This document shows positions 20,395 to 29,137 of a stretch of 40,110 nt of DNA, piece by piece. The notes under the pieces were generated by a model. The model was given only the letters and a program-made list of their open reading frames with translations. It was not told the DNA's origin and searched no databases. The stretch comes from Planctomycetota bacterium. Its GTDB lineage: Bacteria; Planctomycetota; GCA-002687715; DRQF01. Location of the stretch: the NCBI GenBank assembly GCA_027001995.1, contig JALTLO010000148.1:1-40110 (forward strand), written 5' to 3'. A program made the position numbers and the translations under genes. Every line of letters begins with the position of its first letter. Within the stretch, counting starts at the first letter, position 1.

Positions 20395-21147
20395 TCAATA
20401 ATACTGAGGGAATTGAGACAAGTGAAATTGAGACTGAGGAACCCAAATTTCGCCCCCAGAAGCCGTATACTGCAAAACCTGGGTACCGTTCGCCAATTTA
20501 TCGTCTAACCGAAATCCTTCTTTTTCTGTGAAAAAGAATCGTCCCGTATCGCTAATTTTTGGCTGTTCCGCATCCATGAATTGGCCTAAAACCCAATTTC
20601 GGCCACCGTCCCGCGTTTCATACAGGTTGACCCGCGGTAAGCCCGTTTTCAGGTCTTGATAGGCCACTTGGACGACTCCCACCTCATCCGACTCGAACAA
20701 CAACTCCGTGGCTCCCAAGACAATAGCGGCCCGATTTTCTGGAATGAGAGTTTCCCGCCAATGTCCACCTCCGTCGTCTGTGCGCAGGACACTGGGGATC
20801 GTCTGACCATCACGAATTCGAATGCCCGATACCCAGCCCCTGAGGAGATCATTAAAATAGACCGTCTGGGGCAGGAAACCTCGGAATGGAAATGTCATGG
20901 AACCGATACGACGCCAAGAAAGGCCGCCATCTGAGGTCCGCAACAAGATTCCCTCAATTTCATCGTCAACGGTGGTCAGAAAACCTCCTACAATGAGATT
21001 CTGAGACGACGTGGCATGAACGCTGGTCAAATTCATATCGACGAACATGTCACCTCGGGGGACTTCAACAAGCAGACGGTCCCCGTCGCTTTGGCAGCTC
21101 GAAAGCAAACACATGGCCACAACGATCAAACCGAAGAACCTAAACAT
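20395..21147 (-). CDS. BNR/Asp-box (YCF48-like) lipoprotein
   Basis: Lipobox LLSSC; Asp-boxes TSDGGLSW, TDDGGGHW, TRDGGRNW and TASGGEIW. Confidence 0.85.
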   Translation of the reverse strand: MFRFFGLIVVAMCLLSSCQSDGDRLLVEVPRGDMFVDMNLTSVHATSSQNLIVGGFLTTVDDEIEGILLRTSDGGLSWRRIGSMTFPFRGFLPQTVYFNDLLRGWVSGIRIRDGQTIPSVLRTDDGGGHWRETLIPENRAAIVLGATELLFESDEVGVVQVAYQDLKTGLPRVNLYETRDGGRNWVLGQFMDAEQPKISDTGRFFFTEKEGFRLDDKLANGTQVLQYTASGGEIWVPQSQFHLSQFPQYY

Positions 21148-21716
21148 GGGGGTCCCCTTCTTTGGGCTTTCACTTGAAAAGTCGAAAATGACGATCTTCC
21201 ACCATCGACTTCCTGAAAAGCAAATCTTCCACTGCCAGCCTTATCGGCTTTGTAGCAGCATCTTATGAACAAGGAATCCCTTCACGGAAGGGAAATCATT
21301 TGCCCATCATGGCAAAGGGTCGTTTCTATCAAGGCATTGTCCGCCCCCCCGGGGCATTGAACCATAAACTGCGATCGCAATTAGCCTTAGGCCTCTTTCG
21401 CTGGCGCTGTAGAAAGTTGTGTCCCCATGGACATGATGGCGCGGTCATGGGGTTTTCTCTGATTTAGGAAATCCTCCCGCACCTTTGCTGGCATGATCAT
21501 GCGAGTCACCCTGGACTGCCATCCGACTTTTCGGACGGGGCAGAGCAAGTGAAAGTTCCTAAGTCGTTGGCCTCATTAACTCCGCTTAGACTCCCAGAAC
21601 TCGACTTCTCCCCTTAGGAAAGCAATAATTCCATCAGTGAATCTTTCCCGAACCCTGCCAATCTCGAGGCCAAAGGACTATCATCTTTCCGTACCGAGTT
21701 TTCTGGAGATCGATCT

Positions 21717-23132
21717 TTGTCCGATAACACAATATCCCCTTTGGCTGGCCTTCCTGCCGTGGGTTTGATCATCGACATGCTCAAAGCCAAAGGAACTCCC
21801 ATCTCCCAAGTGGATCCCCAACTCTTGGCGCACCTCACAAGATCGGTCATTGATTCGGTGCGTTCCACCCTCAAGTCCGAACTCCGCCAGAAAAGAGACG
21901 TCCAAAAACCAAGTAACGAAGAGATCATAGAACAAGTCGAGCAAGCATTTGCGATCTGGAGTACATCCTCCACTTGCCGTGTTATCAACGGCTCGGGCAT
22001 CATTCTCCATTCAGGTTTAGGCCGGGCAGTTTATCCCCAAGAGGCCAGGGAGCAGATCGCCCAAGCTCAGGGCTACACGCTCTTAGAGGTTGAAAAAGAA
22101 ACCGGTGGGCGTCGTTGGCGAGATCAGTTCTGCGCTGATCTCTTATGCAGTTTGACGGGAGCCGAGGCAGCAACGGTGGTCAACAACAATGCTGCAGCCA
22201 CTCTTATCATTCTCAACGAGTTGGGATTAGAAAAGGAAATCGTTGTCAGCCGTTCTCAAATGATCGAGATTGGCGGGTCTTTCCGGCTCCCCGACGTCTT
22301 CGAGGCCGCTGGCTGCAAGCTGGTTGAGGTAGGAACCACCAACAAGTCCCGTATTTCTGACTATGAAAAGGCCATGACCGAAAACACCGGGGCTCTGATG
22401 CTCGTCCACACGAGCAACTACCGCATCGTCGGTTTTACCGACCACGTGGACCTGCCAGAATTGGTCGCCTTAGGAGCAAAACAAAAAATCCCTGTTATCC
22501 ACGATGTCGGGAGTGGATCCTTGATTGACATGGGACAATTTGGGGTTCACGACGAGCCGGCGGTCCAGTTCAGTGTCAAAACAGGAGCCGATGTCATTTG
22601 CTTCTCTGGCGACAAGCTCATCGGTGGCCCCCAAGCGGGCATCATCATCGGTAAGAAAACCTGGATCGATCGAATTCGCAAGAACCCTCTGGCACGGGCT
22701 CTCCGCATCGACAAGACTGCCTGCTTGGCCCTAGAAGCCACCCTCAAACTCTATTTCGAACCAGACAAACTGCGACAGAAGATTCCAACTTTGGCCATGT
22801 TGTCTGAGCCCGCTTCCGCGGTAAAAAAACGAGCAGAGGAACTGGCCGCCCTAGTCAGAAATACCATCGCAAGTGATGTTGAAATCCGCGTGATCCCCTC
22901 CTCCAGCGAATTGGGTGCAGGGACCCTTCCCACTCATGGGATCGACACATTCGTCATGGCCGTTTCCTGGCCGCAGCACAGCGCTCAAACAATCGCTGAT
23001 CATCTGCGGGGCCGGGCTATTTCAATTTTTTCGCGTATTCGTGAAGACCAAGTTCAATTGGATCTACGCACCATGTCCCAGGACGACTTTGCCGAAGTTG
23101 TCTTAGCATTCGAGGAACTCAACCATGTCTAA
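21717..23132 (+). CDS. selA: L-seryl-tRNA(Sec) selenium transferase
   Basis: VINGSGIILHSGLGRA, VVNNNAAA, EIGGSFRLP, EVGTTN, HTSNY and FSGDKLIGGPQAG (PLP Lys). Confidence 0.96.
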   Translation: MSDNTISPLAGLPAVGLIIDMLKAKGTPISQVDPQLLAHLTRSVIDSVRSTLKSELRQKRDVQKPSNEEIIEQVEQAFAIWSTSSTCRVINGSGIILHSGLGRAVYPQEAREQIAQAQGYTLLEVEKETGGRRWRDQFCADLLCSLTGAEAATVVNNNAAATLIILNELGLEKEIVVSRSQMIEIGGSFRLPDVFEAAGCKLVEVGTTNKSRISDYEKAMTENTGALMLVHTSNYRIVGFTDHVDLPELVALGAKQKIPVIHDVGSGSLIDMGQFGVHDEPAVQFSVKTGADVICFSGDKLIGGPQAGIIIGKKTWIDRIRKNPLARALRIDKTACLALEATLKLYFEPDKLRQKIPTLAMLSEPASAVKKRAEELAALVRNTIASDVEIRVIPSSSELGAGTLPTHGIDTFVMAVSWPQHSAQTIADHLRGRAISIFSRIREDQVQLDLRTMSQDDFAEVVLAFEELNHV

Positions 23133-24198
23133 TTGTTCTCAGGACGGCCCTCGTATCCGACTCACGGAATATGCCAGCTCCGGTGGCTGAGCAGCAAAAT
23201 TATCCCCAGCGGGACTCGCTCAAGTCTTGAGCGGACTCACACAGCCAAAAGACGACAACCTCCTTGTGGGGTATGCTGGAGCGGACGATGCGGCGGTGTA
23301 TCGCATCAATGACCACCAAGCCATAGTCGCCACCACTGACTTCTTCCCCCCCATGGTCGATGATCCTTACGCATTCGGTGCGGTTGCTGCAGCCAACGCA
23401 CTTTCCGATGTATTCGCCATGGGCGGAAAGCCCTTGGTGGCCCTCAACATCGTTGGTTTCCCATCAAAGAAGCTTCCCTTGGAGGTGCTGACGGCGATTC
23501 TCCAAGGTGGTGCGGACAAAGTCAAGGAAGCTGAAGCCGTGATTGGAGGCGGACACACAGTCGAAGACCACGAAGTCAAGTACGGCTTGGCCGTCACCGG
23601 CGAAGTCCACCCAGACAGAATTTGGGCCAATGGAACTGTTCGTATCGACGACGCTGTCATCTTGACGAAACCTCTGGGAACCGGATTGATCAACAGTGCG
23701 GTAAAAGTCGATGGTGCCACGGGCCCGGCGGTCGATGGGGCCATTCGATGGATGAGCACCCTCAACGGCACAGGCATCTCTCATCTGCATGCTGCAGACA
23801 CATCTTGCGTCACTGACATCACAGGATTTGGACTTCTGGGACACGCCAGAGAGTTAGCTGCCTCAAGTCCTGCAACCATTGTCATCGACGCAAGCCTGGT
23901 GCCCACCATCATCGGCATAGAGAAATACTTTCAAGACCGCTTCAAGACTCGGGGCGCCCGAGAAACACGGGAGTACACCGAAAATTCGGTTTCTCTGCCG
24001 GAGAACCTAGATCCCTGGAGAAACGAAGTTCTATTCGATCCTCAGACCTCCGGAGGATTACTCCTTACAGTCCGCCAAGAACAGGCTGATGATCTCGTCA
24101 AGAAACTCCAAGATTCTGGATTGGAACAAGCTGCGATCATTGGCTCGGTGGAAGCTGAAAAGACACCAGGCCTCAAAGTGCGCGTTATCGGTGGGTAG
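23125..24198 (+). CDS. selD: Selenophosphate synthetase SelD, a selenoprotein (TGA at 23188-23190 = Sec22)
   Basis: The ATG at 23125 overlaps the selA stop and reads MSNCSQDGPRIRLTEYASSGG-U-AAKLSPAGLAQVL in frame with the 23227 ORF; DDAAVY, TTDFF, NALSDVFAMGG, GGHT, LTKPLG, TDITGFGLLGH and DPQTSGGLL motifs. Confidence 0.95.
23188..23233 (+). promoter_or_regulatory. Candidate bacterial SECIS element in selD
   Basis: Immediately 3' of the UGA: TCCC-CAGC-GGGA hairpin closed by TGAGC/GCTCA, or alternatively CGCTCAA-GTC-TTGAGCG. Confidence 0.55.
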
Positions 24199-24274
24199 TC
24201 TCAGGTCACTCCTTACTCATCGCCATTGGACAGCCTCTCATGAAGGCGTTTTATTTCCTCCTTTGACTCAAACC

Positions 24275-24303
24275 TTGATCAAAGTGGCGGAATCCTGTAA
24301 ACC
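24275..24303 (+). promoter_or_regulatory. Putative sigma70 promoter of selC
   Basis: TTGATC-N17-TAAACC ending 12 nt before the tRNA-Sec 5' end. Confidence 0.45.
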
Positions 24304-24315
24304 CTTCTGCAACGA

Positions 24316-24413
24316 GGGAGCGGTTCTCGTGCTGGTGCCGGGTCCGGATTTCAAATCCGGTGAAACGGGCAAATAACTCGTTTGGTGGGTTCGATTCCCA
24401 TGCGCTCCCGCCA
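24316..24413 (+). tRNA. selC: tRNA-Sec(UCA)
   Basis: Anticodon arm CCGGA-TTTCAAA-TCCGG, long variable arm AAACGGG/CTCGTTT, T-arm GTGGG-TTCGATT-CCCAT, acceptor GGGAGCG/CGCTCCC, G73 plus encoded CCA; directly after selD. Confidence 0.96.
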
Positions 24414-24421
24414 GATTCAAG

Positions 24422-24455
24422 AAGGCAGAAACCCAGAGGGTTTCTGCCTTTTTTT
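24422..24455 (+). terminator. Intrinsic terminator after selC
   Basis: AAGGCAGAAACCC-AGA-GGGTTTCTGCCTT followed by a T run. Confidence 0.9.
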
Positions 24456-24635
24456 CATCCGCCGACGAGCCCTATCTGCTTTCTTCCGGTTAGCCCGAAT
24501 AATTCACAACCTCTCACCGTCGCCAAGGGTGGCATAACGCCCTTTTCTCAGCCAACGACCACGATCTCATGAATCAGTCGGGTTCGGCAGGTGAACCTCG
24601 GCCTTTTCCGGACCCTATGGCAGAGCCTGAGAGGT

Positions 24636-26204
24636 TCAAGACTTAGGCTTCACATCAAAGAGACGGTCTATGAGAGGACCATAGCCTTGAATCGCAAGAC
24701 GCTGACAATAGAAGCCAACTCCTCGCATGCCTCCCAATTCTTCCCCGTCTCCCGCCCTCCCTGGGCCCCCGTGAATGAAATCAGGAAAGACAGTTCCCGG
24801 GCTTGGAGCGGCCCCAGCTGAGCGTTTCGAGCCCCAAACAAGGCGCCCTTGGAAGGAACCCATCTCTTCAATGAGTTCGGCCGCGAAGGTGCGATCGTCA
24901 CTGTAGAAACTTGCGACCAAACCGCCCCCACCCAAACCGGCAATGCGAGCAGCTTCACAAGCGCTGCCATCATAGGGGATCAAAGTTGTGACGGGCCCAA
25001 AGACTTCAACCTCATGGACATGGGTGGCCTCATCCGCTGAGTTCGCTTCCAAGACAATGGGAGGCATGAAGGCTCCCTTGTGGTCAGGATCATCGATAGC
25101 AGTGAAATTGTCAGGGTCGCCAATAACCCGAGAAGTGCAGGTCAGAAGAACATCCAGTTTTTTTCTAGCATCCAGAAGTTGCTGAGGACCTGACAGAGGT
25201 CCCATGCGGACCCCTTCCGAGTCTGGCATCCCCATTTTCACCCGAGCAATTTCGCTTTCGAGGCGAGGTTTCAGCTCTTCTAAGCGCTCAATGGGAACCA
25301 TCACCCGACGAATCGCTGTACACTTTTGTCCGGCTTTTTGGGTGATATCTGTCACCACATCCCGCACGAACAGATCAAAGGTGTCCGAATCTGTGTCCAC
25401 ATCGGCCCCGAGAATGGCACAGTTGAGGCTATCAGCCTCGATACCGATTCTGACCCCCTTTTCCAGGACCCGTGGATGGGAACGCATCATGGCTCCTGTA
25501 GCAGCAGAACCAGTAAAAGCGATGCAATCTTGAAAATCCAAATGATCGAGAAGATCACCCGCAGAACCGGTAAGAAGGCTCAAGGATCCTTCGGGCATGA
25601 AACCAGCATCCACAATGATCTCCACGATGCGCACTGTCATCATGCAGGTCAAAGTAGCTGGTTTCGAGAAAATTGGCATTCCCGCCAAAATAGCGCAGGC
25701 GGCTTTTTCCATCATGCCCCATGCCGGGAAGTTATAGGCATTGATAAGAACCGCAACGCCCTTTCTCGGTACCATGACGTGGCGTCCCTGCATCCTAGAG
25801 CTTTGCCCCATGTCTTGGGCTTCGCCGTCCAACCAATGACGGGTTTCTCCCATTGTTTTGCCAATACTGGCGTAGCGAGCCAAAGTACCAATGGCACCAT
25901 CAATATCGAATTTTGCGTCTCCCCGGGTATTGCCGGCATTCTTCATACCCAAAGTGATGAGCTCTTCACGGTGCTCATGGATGGCCCCAGCCATGGACTT
26001 CAAAAGTCCGGCCCGCTCCAAGAACGTCATGCTACGGAGGGCTTTGCCGCCTTTCTCCCGAGCAAAACGAAGAGCTGCATCGAGGTCCAACCCCTTGGTA
26101 CTCACATGGGCCAACTCTTCATGGGTTGCCGGATTCACCAAGGTTCCTTGGACTCCTTCACCTTCCGCCCATTGGCCAGACACATAGTTTCTTAGTTTCT
26201 GCAT
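24636..26204 (-). CDS. 3,4-dehydroadipyl-CoA semialdehyde dehydrogenase-like aldehyde dehydrogenase (BoxD/PaaZ ALDH family, no MaoC domain)
   Basis: INAYNFPAWG, FTGSA, EADSLN, GQKCTAIRR, EVFGP and HGGPGRAGDGEELGG; length 522 aa. Confidence 0.85.
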   Translation of the reverse strand: MQKLRNYVSGQWAEGEGVQGTLVNPATHEELAHVSTKGLDLDAALRFAREKGGKALRSMTFLERAGLLKSMAGAIHEHREELITLGMKNAGNTRGDAKFDIDGAIGTLARYASIGKTMGETRHWLDGEAQDMGQSSRMQGRHVMVPRKGVAVLINAYNFPAWGMMEKAACAILAGMPIFSKPATLTCMMTVRIVEIIVDAGFMPEGSLSLLTGSAGDLLDHLDFQDCIAFTGSAATGAMMRSHPRVLEKGVRIGIEADSLNCAILGADVDTDSDTFDLFVRDVVTDITQKAGQKCTAIRRVMVPIERLEELKPRLESEIARVKMGMPDSEGVRMGPLSGPQQLLDARKKLDVLLTCTSRVIGDPDNFTAIDDPDHKGAFMPPIVLEANSADEATHVHEVEVFGPVTTLIPYDGSACEAARIAGLGGGGLVASFYSDDRTFAAELIEEMGSFQGRLVWGSKRSAGAAPSPGTVFPDFIHGGPGRAGDGEELGGMRGVGFYCQRLAIQGYGPLIDRLFDVKPKS

Positions 26205-26333
26205 GATTGATCTTTCTGCTCAGGTTCAGCTCAAGGGTATTTTTAACCACAGCGGGGCCCCTACGCGACCCCTCCCAGCAAATTGCCCTGGGGACGGATA
26301 GAAGATTTCAAGAATTCCGGGTGCACCGGTACG

Positions 26334-26362
26334 AAAAAAGACGCACCCGCCGGTGCGCCCTC
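26334..26362 (-). terminator. Intrinsic terminator after the ferredoxin gene
   Basis: Minus strand GGGCGCACC-GGCG-GGTGCGTCT followed by a T run. Confidence 0.7.
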
Positions 26363-26388
26363 TTTCTTATTTCGGAACTAACCCCAAC

Positions 26389-26715
26389 TTAGGCTTTGGA
26401 TTCGTCCCAGTTTGGACCATTTTCTACGTCATCTTTATCGGTGACGTTATTGTCGTCGGTATGGTCAAAATCCGCATTCATTTGAATGTATTCTTCTGGC
26501 GTGTGGTTCACATAAAGCTCTGGGTTGGAGGGACCATCATCGTCGACGAAGATCGCTCCCACAGGGCAAAGGGGCAAGCACTCGCCACAATCAATACAGG
26601 TGTCTGGATTGATGTATAGGCTCGTGGGACCTTGGTGGAAACTATCTACGGGGCACTCAGTTACGCAATCCCCATACTTGCAATCGACACAGGGCTCTCC
26701 AATCACATGTGGCAT
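26389..26715 (-). CDS. 7Fe-type ([3Fe-4S][4Fe-4S]) ferredoxin, FdxA-like
   Basis: PCVDCKYGDCVTECPVD and CIDCGECLPLCPVGAI motifs; AAAGGAG RBS before the ATG at 26715; acidic tail. Confidence 0.9.
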   Translation of the reverse strand: MPHVIGEPCVDCKYGDCVTECPVDSFHQGPTSLYINPDTCIDCGECLPLCPVGAIFVDDDGPSNPELYVNHTPEEYIQMNADFDHTDDNNVTDKDDVENGPNWDESKA

Positions 26716-26862
26716 GTGAAAATCTCCTTTCGTCACGCTGATCCATCCTGGGTGTCGGCACCATTTGGGTACCGATCACTTGCACAATGGCAAGACGATA
26801 TACCCACCGGGGTCCAATGTGAAGAGTCAATTGGGTTTTAACTTCCCACTCACCAAAGAGTT

Positions 26863-26881
26863 GCGACTGATTCTCATTTAG
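26863..26881. promoter_or_regulatory. Putative Fur box
   Basis: Reverse complement CTAAATGAGAATCAGTCGC matches GATAATGATAATCATTATC at 12/19 with an intact AATGAnAATCA core; lies upstream of an Fe-S ferredoxin. Confidence 0.5.
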
Positions 26882-27066
26882 ACTACAAGAAAGAGGAGAA
26901 ACCGAAGGAATTGTAATTCAAGTGGACCGTCCAACTCACAATGTTGTGAAAAGAAAGCCAGGATTGGCTAAACAATCTGGCCGATGATCTACACAGATTG
27001 GGTCTCGAAGGTATGGTTGGGATAGATCAAGCAAAAGTCCAAATAGAATGGGAAAATCGATTCAAC

Positions 27067-28605
27067 ATGTCATTCCATAAGTTTCCTTTCTTCGTGCTCG
27101 TCCCGATTCTCCTATGGGCGTCATTCCTTGCTGAGTCGAGTATCGCCCAAGAGTCAAACAAGGAACTCAAATTTGAGGTATCCTTCGACCTTCATTTCTC
27201 AAAACAGCCTCAAACTGGAACGCTCTACCTCTTGCTGTCAAAGGATCTCAACGGAGAACCCAGGCATCATTTGACGGATCGAGGCTTTGACGGCCTCATC
27301 CTCAGCAAGCGAGTCAATGGTTTGGCCATGGGAGAATCCGTTGTCTTCGACAAGGACACACCAGGCTTTCCCACTTCCCTTAGGGACTTGAAACCAAGGC
27401 GATATGCCGTCCAAGCCATTTTGGACGTGAGCAAGACAAAATCAGAACCGAGCTTGGCAGACGGCAACGGTGTGAGTCCATCCAAGCGCATTGAACTAAA
27501 CGCCGAAACCAGTGGCTCAATTGCCATCGTTGTGTCCAAACGAATTCAAAGGCTAAAAAAGGACCGTCGCCAACGTGTTCACTATGAATACATCGAATCC
27601 CGTCTGGTGGGACGGCAAATCGGGAGCCGTTTCTTCGTCAACGCATCGGTCATATTGCCAATCAATCAATTGGCAAATCCGAAACGCAAATATCCTGTTC
27701 AATACTGGATTCCAGATATCGGTGAGAATACCCGTAGTTCATTGAAGTACTTTCAAAAACGGGGCCTCTATATTCCGGCCAACGAAAAGGATGGCAACTT
27801 CGCAAAAGAGTTCATCATTGTCCTCCTGGATTCAAGTTGTCGTCACGGGTTTCATGGCTGGTTGGATTCCTCGGCCAATGGATCTTTCCGGCAAGCACTT
27901 TATCAGGACATCCTTCCCTATATCGAGAACAAGTATCCCGTACTCGCCACGGGTCAATCACGATTCCTTGTCGGAAAAGGTGCCGGAGGATTGGCTGCCC
28001 TTAACTTGCTGGCAGATCGCCCAGATTTCTACGCCGGTGCTTGGGCCCTGGCCCCAGACCCTGTTGATTTTCACGATTTCTATGGTTTGGACCTGTTTGC
28101 TGATCCGCTTCCCAATGCCTTCCAAACAAAGAATGAAACTGCCAGAATTCTCGTCGGGCAAGGGGGCAAATCGACAATCTCGATCAAAGAGCAGATTCTC
28201 TTCGAACAGACCATGAACAGCGGAAACCTGTTTCAATCCTACGACGCTTGCTTTGGCGAATTAGGTCAAGACCTTCACCCTATCCCCTTGATCGATCCCA
28301 AAACGGGAGCAATCAATCCCAAGGCCGCACGACGATTCCGAGAACAAGACTTCTTAAGCAAGTTGAAGAAGAACAAAGGGCCGTTGTTAGGTAAGCTCGT
28401 GGGCAAGATCAACATCATCGTTGGGGACAAAGATGATTTCAATCTACAGCGGCCGGTGCAAAATCTGAAAGCTTATTTGGACCAAGAAAAGATGAGTGCG
28501 AGGATCGAGGTCCTGCCTGATGTGGATCACAAGGGGATCGATGACGCGCAGATCCATTTGAAAGTCCAGCGGCAAATCATGGATTCTTGGACTCGCAAAC
28601 CTTAA
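27067..28605 (+). CDS. Secreted alpha/beta-hydrolase-fold (putative esterase family) protein with the nucleophile apparently lost
   Basis: Signal peptide; RFLVGKGAGG...APDPVDFHDF and IVGDKDDF resemble this family, but the G-x-S-x-G Ser is Gly. Confidence 0.8.
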   Translation: MSFHKFPFFVLVPILLWASFLAESSIAQESNKELKFEVSFDLHFSKQPQTGTLYLLLSKDLNGEPRHHLTDRGFDGLILSKRVNGLAMGESVVFDKDTPGFPTSLRDLKPRRYAVQAILDVSKTKSEPSLADGNGVSPSKRIELNAETSGSIAIVVSKRIQRLKKDRRQRVHYEYIESRLVGRQIGSRFFVNASVILPINQLANPKRKYPVQYWIPDIGENTRSSLKYFQKRGLYIPANEKDGNFAKEFIIVLLDSSCRHGFHGWLDSSANGSFRQALYQDILPYIENKYPVLATGQSRFLVGKGAGGLAALNLLADRPDFYAGAWALAPDPVDFHDFYGLDLFADPLPNAFQTKNETARILVGQGGKSTISIKEQILFEQTMNSGNLFQSYDACFGELGQDLHPIPLIDPKTGAINPKAARRFREQDFLSKLKKNKGPLLGKLVGKINIIVGDKDDFNLQRPVQNLKAYLDQEKMSARIEVLPDVDHKGIDDAQIHLKVQRQIMDSWTRKP

Positions 28606-28616
28606 TTCCAAAGAAA

Positions 28617-28648
28617 GGGCCATTTCCACCCAACGGTGGAAGCAGCCC
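28617..28648. terminator. Possible terminator hairpin between convergent genes
   Basis: GGGC..TTCCACC-CAAC-GGTGGAA..GCCC; weak U-tract on the minus strand. Confidence 0.4.
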
Positions 28649-28690
28649 GAAATCAGATGGGCGACTCAACGAATCAAAAGAGTCGAAGGG

Positions 28691-28996
28691 TTAGATAGCC
28701 AAGGTATTGATTTCGATGGTCTCATTACCGTTGACAGCAACTTGGCACGCAAGACGACGATGGACATCGTAGGTCTTCAGCATCTTGTGCTCAGCGGCGG
28801 TACGCGGAGTTAAATGCTCGGCGCCCGAGATCACCAAGATCTCACAACTCCCACAATGGCCTGTTCCACGGCAATTCAGGATTTTCCGGGGCCCATTGTA
28901 AAGGGGGATCTTAGCCGCCTTGAGAGCTTCTCTAAGATTTGAGTTATCGGCAATCTCGATGGATCGCCCTTCGTTCTGAATCATGACCTTGGCCAT
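28691..28996 (-). CDS. [2Fe-2S] ferredoxin
   Basis: NCRGTGHCGSC...RRLACQ motif; AAAGGAG RBS. Confidence 0.88.
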   Translation of the reverse strand: MAKVMIQNEGRSIEIADNSNLREALKAAKIPLYNGPRKILNCRGTGHCGSCEILVISGAEHLTPRTAAEHKMLKTYDVHRRLACQVAVNGNETIEINTLAI

Positions 28997-29137
28997 TCGA
29001 GACTCCTTTTGAATCGCTTAACGGTTCGATACCCATTATTAAGCAATGAAACACCTTTTTCCCAGAGGGGTGAGGCACAATCTCGGTATTTGAACCCAAG
29101 ATAAGCCAATATTCCTATCCCTGGCACGAACAACGAA

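Noticed and set aside
21265..21467. Short ORFs upstream of selA as possible small selenoproteins or leader peptides
   Set aside because: No Cys/Sec redox motif context, weak RBS and no recognisable homology
23227..24198. selD as a 5'-truncated gene or pseudogene
   Set aside because: The in-frame TGA sits exactly at the catalytic Cys/Sec position and selA and selC are adjacent
20266..24413. tRNA-Pro or tRNA-Sec as integration sites for an island
   Set aside because: No integrase and no duplicated tRNA 3' end noticed in the window
25326..26195. 289-aa antisense ORF over the aldehyde dehydrogenase
   Set aside because: Shadow ORF on the opposite strand of a well-supported gene, with no motifs
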